Position numbers and translations under genes: made by a program. A stretch of 64,000 nt of DNA from Octopus sinensis (Eukaryota): the NCBI RefSeq assembly GCF_006345805.1, contig NC_043002.1, positions 20,770,001-20,834,000 on the forward strand, given 5' to 3'. Each line of letters starts with the position of its first letter. The first letter of the stretch is position 1. Positions 1-11,932 of this stretch are shown piece by piece. Under the pieces are notes generated by a model, which was not told where the DNA came from, made no database searches, and worked only from the letters and a program-made list of their open reading frames with translations.

Positions 1-111
1 GTTCGTGTGTCGGGGGTACCTCTATTTGTTCTTACGACATCCAACTGTAAACTGATCTTAGTTCACTTAGCAATGATTCACGCATGCATTTATTGTGAAG
101 ATGGTAAGATT

Positions 112-189
112 TCCTTTCTTTCTTTCTTGCTTGCTTCCCTTCTTTCTTTCTTTTCCTTCTTTCTTTCTTTCTTACTTACTTTCTTTTTT

Positions 190-229
<40 letters not shown>

Positions 230-347
230 TTTCTTTTCTTTTTTCTTTCTTTCTTTTTTCTTTCTTTCTTTCTTTTTTGCTTATTTCTTTCTTTTTTCTT
301 TTCTTTTCTTCTTTCTTTCTTTCTTTTTTCTTTCTTTCTTTTTTTCT

Positions 348-379
<32 letters not shown>

Positions 380-394
380 TCGTTCTTTCCTTTT

Positions 395-434
<40 letters not shown>

Positions 435-572
435 TTGCTTTCTTTCTTTCTGTCTTTCTTTTTTCTTTCTTTCTTTCTTTCTTTTTCTTTCCGGTTTTCT
501 TTCTTTTTTCTTTCTTTCTTTCCTTCTTTCCTTCTTTTTTCTTCCCCTTTCCTTCTTTTTTCTTCCCCTTTC

Positions 573-615
<43 letters not shown>

Positions 616-620
616 TCACT
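112..620. repeat. (TTTC)n / (CTTT)n polypyrimidine microsatellite
   Basis: About 500 bp of almost pure C/T in TTTC units; it explains the F/L/S-rich and K/E/R-rich ORFs at 7-730. Confidence 0.97.
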
Positions 621-910
621 CCTCCCCCGGTCTTTCTGCACACGCTAACTCGTTCCCAACTTACAAAATAGTGAGTTTGTGTGTGTATGTGTGTGTGTGT
701 GCTCGCGCGTGTTCCCGTACGTGTGTCTGAGAGGATATTAACGAATATATGAAATAAAAGGAAAAATTAGCTTAGTCATCATCATCATCATCATCATCAT
801 CACTGCAACTTCCGCTGCTGCCGCCTTAGCCACCTCCACCACTAAAGCTACAGTCACCAGAATCTTTAGAGCGCCGGAAAAATGCTTTGCAATCTTTCCT
901 TTTTAGCTAG

Positions 911-1345
911 GGCGGAGAACTGGCAGAAATGTTAGCACGCCGGGCGAAATGCTAAGCTGTATTTCGTCTGCCGTTACGTTCTGAGTTCAAATTCCACCGA
1001 GATCGACTTTGCCTTTCATCCTTTCGGGGTCGATAAATTAAGTACCAGATACGCACTGGGATCAATGTAATCGACTTAATCCCTTTGTCTGTCCTTGTTT
1101 GTCTCCTCTATGTTTAGCCTCTTGTCGGCAATAAAGAAATAAGAAACGTTAGTACACCGGGCGAAATGCTTAGCGGCATTTCGTCCGTCTTTACGTTCCG
1201 ACTTCAGATTCTGTCGAGGTCGACTTAACCTTTCATCCCTTCGAGATCAATAAAATAAATACCAGTTGGGTACTGGGGTCGATGTAATCGACCGACCCTC
1301 TCCCCTGAACCTGCTGACCTTGTGCCAAAATTTGACACCAATATT
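911..1345 (+). mobile_element. tRNA-derived SINE dimer, Meta-domain-like family
   Basis: Head GGCGGAGAACTGGCAGAAA...GAGTTCAAATTCC, then GACTTTGCCTTTCATCCTTTCGGGGTCGATAAATTAAGTACCAG; a second monomer starts near 1145. The family recurs more than 10 times in the window. The Meta-domain label is from memory. Confidence 0.85.
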
Positions 1346-1429
1346 TCTTTTGGCTCTATGTTCTGATTTCAAATCACGTCGGTTTCGACTTTGTTTTTAC
1401 TCTTCAGTCTCTCTCATCTCATAGCAACG

Positions 1430-2330
1430 TCAGACCACGAATTTCTTAAACTTATCCATAAACCCGTGCCGAAAGTCCAACGGAACAAGTCTACCAGGTG
1501 ATTCTTGTCGACGCCCAGATTTGTTCCAACACTGCTTTCTCCCATCAGACCTCGATAGAATGCTAACGTATGGTAATGGTCTGTAAGTTCCCAACAACAT
1601 TCTAGGCACCTTGGTCCAAGACAGCAGCTCCGTCAAAGAAACGTGCTGTAGGAAAAAGCATCTGATAAAGAGCTTGTGTATTTGCTTACCATCCAGGAAC
1701 CTTTGCAGATGCCCAAAACTCATCATACCGAGTTCTCTGTGCAGAGACTGATGGCAGCTTTTACATCACCTGATCAGTGGAAAGAGTCTCTTCTATAAGA
1801 ATTAAAAGCGTAGATACTCCAATATGGTCTGAGAAAAATAACCAAAAAACTCAAGCATGACGACACGGCTCTTCATGTGCCGAACTGCAAGTCCGTCAAC
1901 CTGTCTGGCTTAGTCTTTGCCCCTGTCACTATTTCGCATTTTTTAATATGGTGCCGACAACTTTGGATTTATCATGTTCGATACTTATACGGTAGGTAAC
2001 GTCATCTGCATATGCCCGACACAGCTCTACCTCACCTTAGTTCGAACGAGATGTCTGTCTACACTCCTGTTTTCGCTGTCGTGGCTTCCGACTCACTATG
2101 TGTAGCAGGAATGAAAGATAATATCCTTGAGGGATAAATCGTGTGCTTCGAAACGGTTTCGAAAAGTGTCCATTTAGTCTAACCACGAAGCAGATGTCAA
2201 TGTACATTGAAGAGGCCCAGGCTCTGAGTACTGGATCGTAATATGATTTCTTTGAAGACAAATGCCAAACAGCGACTGCCGACACTATCGAACACTTTCA
2301 AGTTGTTAAATTCATCAGAACCTAACCGAA
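1430..2330 (-). mobile_element. Degenerate Tx1/L1-clade LINE ORF2 reverse-transcriptase fragment
   Basis: Minus strand gives VRLNGHFSKPFRSTRFIPQGYYLSFLL (RT QG motif) and AYADDVT (plus-strand gtcatctgcata, 2001-2012); frameshifted. Confidence 0.85.
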
Positions 2331-2958
2331 TCCAGCTTTGTTATTCTCAATTTCCATCATGTACCGGATGAGGTGGGGTTGTGGATAAATCTGCTTGGAG
2401 TCAAGCTGACATGCTCTTTTCCGACGAAATTACAAACGGCAAGCGCCCATCTTTTTGCCAGCTCATTGGCTAAAACATTAATAGTTTTACGTGTGTCTGT
2501 ACGTGTGTCTGTACGTGTGTCTGTACGTGTGTCTGTGAGGGTATTAACGAATATATGAAATAATAGTAGAGGTATGAACCAGAAATTATCAGCTACGATG
2601 TCCTTGTTTCCTTAGTACTGCTAAGGAGACAAGGGCATTGTGACTGGTGCAACTTTCCTCAACAATGGTACTACTTCATGATTCCTGTTTTACAGGCAGT
2701 TGCAGATATCAGTCAGCAGAGTCGATCTCAGTGGTATTTGGATATTTGAACTGAGCATATAACGGAATGTTAGCAAATTATGAAATCTGTTTCTCTGTTG
2801 CTCTGTTGCAACTCAACTGCTGATGTCTGCAGTAGAGTGCCAGAGATTGCAGAACAACAAAATAAAAGGATTTGACAAGATCAGCATATCTTATTGACTT
2901 CAGAATTATTAGCAGTAACCAAGCCTATAAAGTGTAAAATAGTAATAGTTGTAACATA

Positions 2959-2960
<2 letters not shown>

Positions 2961-3033
<73 letters not shown>
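2961..3033. repeat. (TG)n-(AG)n compound microsatellite
   Basis: Read directly. Confidence 0.97.
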
Positions 3034-3036
<3 letters not shown>

Positions 3037-3941
3037 TGTTCGCCTTTTTGTTCTATCTTGAAATGATCAAAGCTTCTTTTAGATTTCGCAGCTGCACCAC
3101 AAGAAGGTTATCTGCCTTCACACCTCTTTCATGCAACTCTTTATTTACGCATGCATTGACCTTTCAATACACCGACTTTTTACACCAACGCATTAGCAAT
3201 TGTGCATTGCATTTCTCGGTGTATTTCAACGACCTCCAGTGATACGACCAAGGTGACTTATCCACCATCTCTTTCGCATGAGGCTCCATACCACTCTCAA
3301 TATTTCTCCATCGGGTTATATATATATATATTTTCAGTTGCCCTAGCTGCATTGGAAATAATTTATATCACAGGAGGTTATGTTACTTACAGCTGCGATA
3401 CTGGAGGTGTTGATGTTTGTCTTTGAGCTGGTAAAGCTGTTGTTCTCCTCGCTACTGTTATCGGCTGCTGTTGGGGAAGCAGTGATACTGGTGATGATGA
3501 TGATGATGTCGCATGAATTGCTTGAGTCTTGCCTAAAGTTGCGGCGCCAGAGTTATTGTTGTAATCGCTACTTTTTGTTGTTTTTGTTGTTTATAGTTGC
3601 TGGGTTGTTTGTTGTTGTTCTAATACCACTTCTCTTCATTTCAGCGGATGCGACGCCATTATACTTGACAAATTATCTTCGGCGAAAGGAAGTGTCCCAT
3701 TATTATCATCAAATCCCGCTTTGCTTCTTTCATCAACTCCCACTTTCCCTCTTTTCTTGACCAGTTACCAAGCTTAAAGCTTGCTTCTCTGTTTTTGCTC
3801 CTCTCCATCCACTGAATGTTTTTTGGTATGAAAAACATTGCGGAGACATAGACTCGTTGAGGTATGAACCAAATGAACCAACCAGCACCGCTCAGTCGTG
3901 ATCGATTTTGAAACAAATTTGAAAACAGGAATTCACACGAT

Positions 3942-4268
3942 AAGGCGGTGAGCTGGCAGAAACGACTTTGCTTTTCACCCTTTCGGTGTCGATTAAATAA
4001 GTACCAGTTACGCACTGGGGTCGTTTGTCTGTCCTTTTTTGTCCTCTGTGTGTTTAGCCCCTTGTGGGTAGTAAAGAAATAGGTATTTCGTCTGTCTTTA
4101 TGTTCTGAGTTCAAATTTCGCCAAGGTCGACTTTGCCTTTCATCCTTTCAGGTTCGATAAATTAAGTACCAGTTACGCACTGGGGTCAATGTAATCGACT
4201 TAATCCCTTTGTCTGTCCTTGTTTTGTCCCCTCTATGTTTAGCCCCTTGGGAGCAATAAAGAAATAAG
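3942..4268 (+). mobile_element. Meta-like SINE dimer with internal deletion
   Basis: Same family as 911-1345; flanked by near-identical aattcacacg / aattcacgcg (putative TSD). Confidence 0.85.
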
Positions 4269-4756
4269 AAATTCACGCGGCGTGATTCCTAACAGGTCAA
4301 ATTTTCATCGAATCTGCTTCACTTTATGGAGCAGAACAAAAGTGGCTTTACATCCGTCCATCCATCTATCCATCCATCCATACATACATGTGTGTGTGTG
4401 GGGGGTGCGCGTATGTATGTATGTGTGAGAAGAAATAGAGAGAGGGGGGAGGGAGAGAGATTCAGTTGTGTGCTTGACGATTTTTATTGCACGCCAAAAC
4501 ATGTTTCCGCGTTCGATTCGATTTCTACAAAACCACTTCCTTTGAGAAGTTTTCAAAGCGGTGTCCCAGCAATGACTGGAACAAGTGAGCCAGTGCTTCC
4601 CTAACTATCTCATGTATTGTACAGGCAGTTTTTTCCAATGTGGCAGGGACCGGTAATATTTCTTAGTTGATAATTTTTTAAATCATGTATTTATTTTGTA
4701 AAGAAATTATAGAATATTACATAAGCATTTTATAATGTTTCTTTCTTTTCTGGAAG

Positions 4757-4830
4757 CTCACCGCATACCGGCAGCTGATGGCTCGCAAACCAGCACCGGT
4801 ACACAGACCACCACTTCGAGTAGCACTGAA
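4757..4830 (+). other. Candidate exon (74 nt)
   Basis: tttcttttctggaAG acceptor and GTGAGT donor; open frame LTAYRQLMARKPAPVHRPPLRVALK; no recognised homolog. Confidence 0.25.
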
Positions 4831-4933
4831 GTGAGTGACAAAAGATAATATATACATACACACATGTACACATGTACACATGTATACGTGTGTGTGTGTG
4901 TATGTGATGTGTGTGTATGTATGTATATATATC

Positions 4934-5008
<75 letters not shown>

Positions 5009-5194
5009 ATACGCATGTGTGTGCGTGTGTGCATGTGTTTGAACGTGTATGCCTACGTGTCAATATAAGGTAAGTACACACATGTGTACGTGTGTGTATG
5101 TGTGTGTGTGTATATGTATATATGCATGTATGTATGTATATATATATATATATATATCTACATATATATATGTGTGTGTGTGCGTCAATACAAG

Positions 5195-5405
5195 GCAACT
5201 CACACTCAACAATTATAACAATAACGTTGAAGCGAATACACTGGCGAGCGAGGACAATCAATTTGTGACTGTCCCTATATCTAATATGTCAACACCTGCT
5301 GATGGGACAGGGTACCTGCCAGGCACATGCCGTAGGCTGTGTGTGAGGCAGGGGTTAGAAAGGGGACGGTGGAGTTCTTTCTTTGTTTTTTGTTTTTTGC
5401 AGTGA
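5195..5405 (+). other. Candidate exon, phase-compatible with 4757-4830
   Basis: caAG acceptor with a weak pyrimidine tract; open frame QLTLNNYNNNVEANTLASEDNQFVTVPISNMSTPADGTG... to TGA at 5403-5405. Confidence 0.2.
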
Positions 5406-5948
5406 GCTATTTTCTTTGTTTTTATTTTTTTAATTTTCTTCAAATTATTGATATTTAATATGACTAAAAATGAAGTTGGTGGTAGCAGTGGCGGAGGTGG
5501 TTAAAACAGGTGTTTGTGTTGTTGTTTAGCATTGCTAAATCGACCCTGACCGGGTAGTTCTATGATGATAAGTATTCCAGCCATGGCCATCTCAAATTTT
5601 TACAGACATAGTGTATCTTGGATAATACTATCTAATATTTCTTTTCAAGATGATGCCTGAAAATTTTGAGAATACAATTTCTATTTCTAGCCCAACTCGG
5701 CTGAATTATTACACATTGTAGCAGCAGCAGCAGTACATACACTACCGTGTGTGAATAATATTCTTAAGGTCAACATTTACTCACTCACGACTACTTCTAG
5801 GCTTTATCACTAACTCAGTTTTTAACCAAATTTGACGATGTTTGCATTTTTAGATTGGTCACATCCTAAGCTACAATTTCATTTGAGAAATTTGAAAATT
5901 TCGTTTTTGGATTTGGTTTGCAAGATTCTTTATGTGAGTTCGTATGTT

Positions 5949-6701
5949 GATTATCAACATCTTTTCGGATGTGGATGTCACACACAGCCAGCTGGCTAAT
6001 TAAAAATTAATTATTAGCAACAGAAGCAGTATTAACACCAACATAACATAATACTTGCTACCTTATAGCCTTGAGAGAGCCTTCATTTAACATGGCATCC
6101 TTGTTAAGTTGGGTATAAAGATTACATTTTGATATTAATATCACTTCTGTTGCTAATAGTTAATTCTTATTATAGTCTACATTTAAAAAATAATTTCTGC
6201 TAATTTGAAATAGATCACACTGAAAGCATTATTTTGAACACAGAGCAACCTATGAAATACAACAACTTTTGCTGTGTACATTACTGCAATTGTGGTAGTT
6301 GTTTTTTTTTTCTTTTGGTTAAAAATTGTTTGTGATGAAGTTTCACTGTAGCTATATCAATTTTTGTTCAGACATCATCCCTGTCGTTAATGGCTGTTTA
6401 TGATCAAGTGGCTCAAATAAAAATCAACAATTGGTTTGGTTTATTGAATATGAATGCATTAATTTCTAGACAGCTCTCCAGCTATCTAGCTGCTGTCGAA
6501 CCATCCAACCCATGCCAGCATGGAAAATAGACATTAAACAATGATGATGATGATGATGATGATATATGATTTTCTTGTCTAAACAATTATATAGATTCAC
6601 TTAAACACACTCCTTATTTAACTGTAAAGTAAATATGAATATAAGGTATAGATACACTACACTGAATATATTGCTCAGGTAAACTACAGAAATATATGGT
6701 A
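5949..6701. repeat. Left arm of long inverted duplication (partner 11760-12527)
   Basis: Reverse complement of 11760-12527; by eye it differs by a few 1-nt indels, one substitution and (ATC)n length. Confidence 0.95.
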
Positions 6702-6757
6702 AACTACAGAAATATATGGTAAACTACAGAAATATATGGTAAACTACAGAAATATAT
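6678..6757. repeat. Four exact tandem copies of GGTAAACTACAGAAATATAT
   Basis: Units start at 6678, 6698, 6718 and 6738; the partner arm has a single copy. Confidence 0.97.
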
Positions 6758-6966
6758 TCTGTTGTGTCTGGGGAGAGTCATTTTCTTTTTGTGCCTTATA
6801 ATTTAACACACTCACCGGTAAAATTTTCACTTATTTCTTATTTTTATGTTTTAATTTTTTTTTAGCATAGCTAAAGCGAATTAAGAAATAAGTGGAAATT
6901 TTACCGGTGACAGTGCTAAATTATAAGGCACAAAAAGAAAATGACTCTCCCCAGACACAACAGAAT
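6756..6966. repeat. Foldback with 85-bp arms (6756-6840 / 6882-6966) and 41-nt loop
   Basis: ATTCTGTTGTGTCTGGGGAGAGTC... matches the reverse complement of ...GACTCTCCCCAGACACAACAGAAT with few mismatches. Confidence 0.93.
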
Positions 6967-8097
6967 TTGAAAATTGTTTCGGCAGAAAAAACTTTCTGTA
7001 AAATATGTGAGGGCAAAAACGGGAGAGTAACGCCTGAAATCGACCTTGAGTCCAAATATTTTCTTTTTTTTTAGAGAAATGTATATTCTATTTTAGCCAG
7101 GGTAGGTGGACTTCTTCTGACTTGTAAGGCAATTCACTTAGGAAAAGGCCACGCCAATGTAAAACATACAGCTTGCTGGTCATCGCGACCGTCTTAGCTC
7201 TTTTGGGGTGCTGTGGTGAGACTTCAAAGTTTAAAGAGTGGGACCAGATCCAGGTGACTGACTCTCTCTTTAAAAAACACAAAGTTCTGCAGCAGTTGAG
7301 AAGTGACGAAAATGGCAAATACTGGATGGTATTGGTAGTCGCAGTATCAACTCCTCATGTACACAGTCACTTCTTTCTCATGTGATATTTTGGACACGAA
7401 TAACTGCCATCATTATTAGTCTACAACATTATTTTAGAGATTCAATCTGCTGTCCTTTGTTAACACATTTCTGGTGCATCTATCCATTACACCCAATTTA
7501 TCTTTTATCCATGGAACGTGAGCTCCTGTGTATCTCAACTTAAGCACCACATGTATACATGATCCATTTGGTTGTGCTTTTTATCATTAATTTAATTTCG
7601 TTCCAAAAATCGTTTTCTTATAGCTTGTCCAGTTTCATCTTTCAGTTACAAGTTATTCACCCAATCATCTTATAAACTAACCGAATGTTTATTTTTATTC
7701 CCCACATTGTTTCAAATATCTTATTTTGTTTACTTTTATTATTTTTTGTTATCTTAAGAACGATTCTCACAATATTTACTGCTTTCCTCCACTTCGCTCC
7801 GAGAACCACTTAGAGTGTATTTTGCTCCGAGAAAATAATGAAACCTTGAGTAAAGGAGGTAGCAAACTTCTCTTATCTAACCATGCAACAAAGACGTCCA
7901 AAGAACCATAGAACGGGGTGGGCATGATTGGACCGATATGGTGTAAAATGTATCAAGAAAATGCGAGAAATGTTCTAATGGTACCTACATCGATATCTAA
8001 ATCTGTCTGCTATATATTCTAGATGTCAGTTATAACAAAAAGTTAAAGTGCCTCCACCGATTATTAGTGAACCAGGCGACATGTCCAACCCATCTCG

Positions 8098-8480
8098 GAG
8101 GCACAATGGCCCAGTGGTTAGGGCAGCGGACTCGCGGTCGTAGGATCGCGGTTTCGATTCCTAGACCGGGCATTGTGAGTGTTTATTGAGCGAAAACACC
8201 TAAAGCTCCACTAGGCTCCGGCAGGGATGGTGGTGATCCCTGCTGTACTCTTTCACCACAACTTTCTCTCACTCTTACTTCCTGTTTCTGTTGTACCTGT
8301 ATTTCAAAGGGCCGGCCTTGTCACTCTCTGTGTCACGCTGAATATCCCCGAGAACTACGTTAAGGGTACACGTGTCTGTGGAGTGCTCAGCCACTTACAC
8401 GTTAATTTCACGCGCAGGCTGTTCCGTTGATCAGATCAACCGGAACCCTCGTCGTCGTAACCGACGGAGTGCTTCCATCC
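8098..8480 (+). mobile_element. tRNA-derived SINE, head H1 with tail A
   Basis: Box A-like TGGCCCAGTGGTTAGG, box B-like GGTTTCGATTCC; tail ...GTCACGCTGAATATCCCCGAGAACTACG...GTCGTCGTAACCGACGG. Confidence 0.88.
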
Positions 8481-8489
8481 ATTCAGGTC

Positions 8490-8867
8490 CAACCCATCTA
8501 AACTTGCTGCGATCACATCCCTCACATCGGTCTTCTGTTTGATGACCTCGCTACTAAAGTGCTCTCTCAATGAGATTCCAAGCATTGACTTCTCCATGGC
8601 TCTTTGAGCCGTTGCCAATCTCTTTGTTGTAGCCCATGTTTCACTACCATATAACATTGCAGGTAGAACTGTGCTATTGATGAGGTTGGCGCCGGTGGTC
8701 TTGTCCAACCTTCCCTTGAGCACATCCCTTATGCTATTAAATGCCTCCTATCCGGTCCTTACTCTCCGCGAGATCTCCTTTTCGATGTCTCGGCACATAT
8801 TCACTTCCTGTCGGCAGTGATGAAATAGAGGAGGTAAAGGAATATGTCTACCTGGGACAGGAAGTGA

Positions 8868-8870
<3 letters not shown>
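8490..8870 (-). mobile_element. RTE-clade LINE RT C-terminal fragment with inverted 5' segment
   Basis: Minus strand: QEVNMCRDIEKEISRRV...VLPAMLYGSETWAT. The upstream part GSDEIEEVKEYVYLGQEVN lies on the plus strand at 8813-8870. Confidence 0.88.
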
Positions 8871-8910
<40 letters not shown>

Positions 8911-8929
8911 TGAACAAAGGAAAAACAGT

Positions 8930-9640
8930 AACACTCAAGATATTTTACTTGGAGTTATACATTTAATAACAGTTTGACCCAGCTTTATATTACCAAAATA
9001 TTCGTTAAAGTAGATCAGAACTACCTCATCAATAAAATATTTGGAGTTAGGAAGAAAAGAATTTAAAAGAAATTAAAAATGGTTTCTAAGCAACAGTATT
9101 TACGTTAGTTGTTCATGCCTGCATGATATTGCTTCCAACACTGCATACTGCAATCATGAACTCACACAGTTTTCACATTATACTCCAACCTATAATTGCC
9201 AAAATCCTACTAACTGTCCATTGAGAGGCTCCTGCTTCTCAAAGGCTGTGGTCTAGAGAGCCACCCTTACACTGTTGAATTGAATCATAAGACATTCACA
9301 GGCTTGACAACCGGTGTCTTTAAGAGAAGATATACGCAACACATGTACTCCTTCAGATTGTTGGACAGAAAAAACTCTACCTTCCTCTCTTACTTCATTT
9401 GGAGACACTGGGACCATCAAAATTACTTGCCCAACATTATAGGGAGCATCCTTGATAGGTTTCTGTCTTACTCACATAGAACTCATAAATGTGAACTCTA
9501 TCTTCGTGAGAAACTGCACATACTCTGCTACCTCACAATATCCTTTAATAGGAAACTTGACCTATTCTATTGTTGTCACCAGAAGTACACCCTGTTAATG
9601 AATTTCAAACCATTGGTTGCTGCTAACCCAGATTTACCAT
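8930..9640 (+). mobile_element. Penelope-like element, GIY-YIG endonuclease remnant
   Basis: NCQNPTNCPLRGSCFSKAVV*RAT...KTFTGLTTGVFKRRYTQH...HKCELYLREKLHIL; in-frame stops. Confidence 0.85.
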
Positions 9641-10105
9641 CCTAAACTTAGCTGGCCCAAGCACAATATCAGGATGTTTAATTCTTACTGTCATACATGC
9701 TAGTCATGTAATATCATATGTAACCTGACACCATAAAATTTGTTAACTCCTTATGAGATGACTGTTGTTACTAAAGAACACCATACTCTGCAGAATGCCA
9801 TCCAAATGCTACCAGCATCCTGTCTGGCCTACCATGTGTAACATTCATTGTAAGAAATTATGTCACTAAAATATCACATCCTATAAAACTAACTGATGCC
9901 AGCATCTTTTCTGCTTTGCTACATGATGTTCTTAATGAGAGAACTGATTTACTAAGAGATGTCTAAATACTCTCACTGAAAAGCTTTCTAAATTTCTTTT
10001 AAATTCTCTCTGTTCTGAGTCTGAAAGTCTGATAAAGGGAACATGCTCTATACTCTGAAACTTTAAGTAGTGCAGAATTGAATCAAACTATTATATATAT
10101 ATATT

Positions 10106-10420
10106 TCATCATCATCATCATTGTTTAATGTTCACCTTCCATGCAGGCATGTGTTGGACAGTTCTAAAAGAGCTGGTCAAGAGTACCTCAGGCTACTGTG
10201 TCTGTTTTAGCAGGGTTTTTACAGCTGGATGCCCTTCCTAACACCAACCACTCTGCAGAGTGGACTGAATGCTTTTTATATGGCACCAGTGCAGGTGAGG
10301 TCAGTTTTAGCATGGTTTTCACAGCTGGATGCCCTTCCAAATGCCAACCATTTTACAGTGTGGACTGGATGCTTTTTACACAGCACCAGCACTGGCAGGG
10401 TCACCAAGTAACTTGCAAGA
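10106..10420 (+). mobile_element. Dispersed SINE-like repeat with an internal ~100-bp tandem duplication
   Basis: (ATC)n then ATTGTTTAATG...CATGC start, related to 11898-11985; ACAGCTGGATGCCCTTCC occurs twice. Confidence 0.65.
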
Positions 10421-10514
10421 TAAGGAATTTTGAGAGGTGAGGGGGAATTAGAGGTGGGTGTCTTGTGTACAATGGATCTTTCAATTGCTTCTGTTATGCA
10501 GATGATATAACACT

Positions 10515-10760
10515 GATGGGGTTCTGTGTTGTGTTCTTGAGCAAGATGCTTTATTTCACGTGGCTCCAATTCACTGAGCTGTAGAAATTAGTTGCGACAT
10601 CACTGGTGCCAAGCTGTACTGGCCTTTGCTTTTCCCTTGGATAATATTGGTGGTGTGGCAAGGGGAAGTTGGTTAATATGGGTGACTACTGGTCTTCCAT
10701 AAACAACCTTGCCTGGACTTGAGACTGGGAGGGTATCTTTCTAGGTGTAATCCCATGGTA
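10515..10760 (+). mobile_element. Degenerate SINE-like repeat
   Basis: TTGAGCAAGATGCTTTATTTCACG motif, related to 31000-31200 and 58150-58310. Confidence 0.55.
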
Positions 10761-11759
10761 ATCCCATCTATATAACTCCTTAAAGCTGCTTCTTTATATG
10801 TACCATTAAAGTGCCATAAACTGATTCTGTGTCTAACAACGGAACTGATAATGAAGCATCTTCACAAGTATCTATGGCACATCCAACTCAATTTCTTTCT
10901 TTCCTCTCAGTACAAAACATACCAAACTCTAGTAAATATATTTCAGTGCTTCCATATGCATTATGCTTCCATATGCATGATATATATTGTTTAATTACAT
11001 GTGGCAAGATCTATGGAGTAAAAGAATTTAATTTTAGCTCATTTATTAAGTCCTAATATGTCTATGACATTTAAAAAAAGGTCTAATGTGCAGGATGGGG
11101 CTGGTTGTGATGACTATCTTGAGTATGTTATTTGTGGTGGCTTTGTATGTAGGCTTGTTAACCATAAGACTATCCGTACACCATCTTCTGTGCCAGGAGT
11201 GAAAAACAAAATGTGTTGTTAGACTACTGCTATTTGTCATATCACCTGTTTTTATAAAATTAGATGATATGCATGCTGTCCTCTTTTGGTGAGTATGTGT
11301 AAACCTGCCAGATACATTCAGTGTTGGCTAAAATCTACAGATAGATATATATATATATATATATATATATACTAAATTAGTATAATTATGTAAATTGAAA
11401 CAAAACACTGTTAATATACCAGTAATTTATTAATTGAACTTGCTGTTAAGAATGTGTTACATGCACATTTTGAGCTACCCAGTTACTTAATCCTTTAGTA
11501 ATATTGGGTTTATAAGAAATGTCTTAGTTAAAGAGGGTACCCAGTGGCAATGGGAAAGGTATATCAATCCAGAACATATACAAAGAGCTATTTAATAAAT
11601 CTTAAATGAACTTTAATGAAAATTTTATTTTATAAGTTATTGCATTTGTGACCAAAAGTTTGCTCATGTTTTCTACTTAACTTTTATACTGATAGCTTCA
11701 CTTGGATATCTATAAGGGATTATTATGGTGCATCACAATTTCTGGTTTTAGTGTATCAG

Positions 11760-11897
11760 TACCATATATTTCTGTAGTTTACCTGAGCAATATATTCAGT
11801 GTAGTGTATCTATACCTTATATTCATATTTACTTTACAGTTAAATAAGGAGTGTGTTTAAGTGAATCTATATAATTGTTTAGACAAGAAAATCATAT

Positions 11898-11932
<35 letters not shown>

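Noticed and set aside
1-103. Open frame ending at a GTAAGA donor
   Set aside because: Cut by the window edge, no acceptor visible and no recognisable peptide.
7-730. Long ORFs of 183-213 aa
   Set aside because: Translations of the (TTTC)n tract. The same applies to the YI, HT, CV, poly-I and poly-Y ORFs throughout the window.
3380-4114. ORFs 3380-3760 (+) and 3659-4114 (-)
   Set aside because: Low-complexity trinucleotide sequence, partly inside a SINE; no coherent start or homology. The GTAAGT on the minus strand near 3385 lacks a matching open exon.
6678-6757. Short direct repeats (also 24705-25080 and 52614-52659) as CRISPR arrays
   Set aside because: Head-to-tail with no unique spacers, eukaryotic context and no cas genes.
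7160-7385. Hydrophobic LLVIATVLALLGCCG stretch (tetraspanin-like CCG)
   Set aside because: In-frame stop just upstream, weak acceptor and no other family motifs.
11094-11144. Possible 51-nt transmembrane exon MGLVVMTILSMLFVVAL
   Set aside because: The acceptor lacks a pyrimidine tract and several alternative frames and donors fit equally well.
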